The position numbers and the translations under genes were made by a program. The notes under the pieces were generated by a model. That model made no database searches. It was given only the letters and a program-made list of their open reading frames with translations, and was not told the origin of the DNA. A DNA stretch of 64,000 nucleotides from Moniliella sp. 'wahieum'. Lineage: Eukaryota. The DNA is taken from contig RSEE01000064.1 in assembly GCA_003971905.1 (NCBI GenBank), positions 1 through 64,000 on the forward strand. Direction: 5' to 3'. Below are positions 62,605 through 64,000 of the stretch, one piece after another. Numbering within the stretch: position 1 is the stretch's first letter; each line of letters begins with the position of its first letter.

Positions 62605-64000
62605 TCAATGCACGCCAAACAACTCCATCAAGCCCGTCAAGTTGGTCGGCGTGCCCAAGCCACTAACCGGGTCCCAGCCTACCGACGCAGCAAACCCCAC
62701 CCCGCCACAACCGTAATTTTGTCCGGCCTGCACGTCGTGCAGTACACCCGGGTTGGCATACAGGGTGGGGTGGACAAAGCCCACGCGCCCCAAGCCAGCC
62801 GCCCGACGGGCATCGTTCACGAGCGACAGCAGCGCGGCCCAGATGGGCGCGCTGGCCGACGTACCAAATGCGGTCACGGGGGAGCCGGCTTGCAGGACGA
62901 GAATGGGCGTGCCGATTGCACTCACGTCCGGGTACCCACGACCTGTCGTATTCGTCTTTTGGGTAGCTGAAGGAAGAGAGAGCGGTAGTCCTGTGCGGCA
63001 CTAGTTTGGTAAGAGGGCGAAGAGAACAGGTTACTGAACCCGCCTCCTGACCAGCTCGCTGCCCACTCCTCGTCCGGGTTGACCGTCGCACCGACAGAGA
63101 GAACGTAGGGGCAGCCGGATGGATACGTGGGCAAAAATTGATCTGCGGGGCAAGTTGTGTTGCCAGTAACTGAGTCCACGCCGCCATCGCCAGCAGCAAA
63201 GCTAAGATGACGAGAAGACGATCCAAACAAAAGCATCGTCAGTAACTGTGTGCAAAGGAAATAAAGAAAAGAAAAAAGGAGAGAGAAGGGTTAGCAACAT
63301 ACACGACCGTTGAGCCTTGTGAGGTAGCTTCTGGATCGTGTTACAAAGATAGGTGGCCTCAGAAAGTGTAAATGCAGATTCGGGGGCCGAAAAAGAGATG
63401 CTGATCACGCCTGGGTCAAGACTGGGGGAGTCCAAGATGTAGTTGAGAGATTGGGAAAAAGTGGAGCTAGACTCGGAGTAGTAAAGGTAGGTGTTGTTCA
63501 AAGGGTAGCCTTGGGCAGCCACGACCATCTGGGTATCCAGCGATCCTTCCAACGTAGGCTGCGCTGCATCGTTCGTGCCCCTGATCCCGTCGAGGAGGTG
63601 CATAGGGACGGTACCCGAGGGAACAAAGGGCGAGTATTGCGTCAGGTACGCGGTCGCATCGTCCAAGTTCACATTGGCATCCGTGTAGCCCATGATGAGT
63701 ACATCCAGACCCGAACCGCCTTTGGGAGTGTAGGACGCGGACCCATACAAGGTCTGGATGCACAAGGCATCAATAGCGGTCCCATTGGGACCACATCCCG
63801 TGAGGTCTTGTGCAAACAAATTGGTTGGGTGCAGTGGTGGCTCCTCCTCAACTCCAGAGCGCGGGAGGGTGGCACCACCCTACTCAAGTGCTCTGGGGAC
63901 CAGGCAGGAAAGTCGGTAAGACCATCAACGTGCTGGATATAGTGCATGTCGCTGGGGATGGCGAGATCGGTGGTGCGAATGTACTGTGTGGGAGCCGTGC
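62605..64000 (-). CDS. Sedolisin / tripeptidyl-peptidase (S53), 5' part outside the window
   Basis: EGSLD (catalytic E..D), AAGDGGV (oxyanion D), SGGGFSN, GTSASAP (catalytic S), GWDPVSGLGTP. Confidence 0.92.

Overview
Eukaryotic, GC-rich fungal DNA, probably a basidiomycete. The evidence is spliceosomal GT..AG introns with CTAAC branch points and intron-containing tRNAs. Even RPL10, HSP70 and PMI carry single-base frameshifts, so most frameshifts are probably assembly errors, and gene models below are stitched across frames by eye. The right part (about 31-64 kb) is ordinary: RPL10, tRNA-Gly, TMEM33/Pom33, a BTB protein, SSA-type HSP70, PCF11, uL29m, a pepsin-type protease, tRNA-Ile, a Pmp3-family protein, GH79, TVP38 and an S53 protease. 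The left part (about 0-30 kb) is rich in odd genes. It holds a 28S rRNA fragment next to a UUCG hairpin, a RecQ-like helicase remnant, a divergent OPT transporter, a captured SSB-type Hsp70 fragment and an Lrg1-like LIM protein without its RhoGAP domain. The two strongest candidates for something new are a tandem KilA-N/APSES x2-DDT-WHIM-PHD fusion, and an LTR-less Copia Gag-RT-RNase H gene with substituted catalytic residues that looks domesticated.
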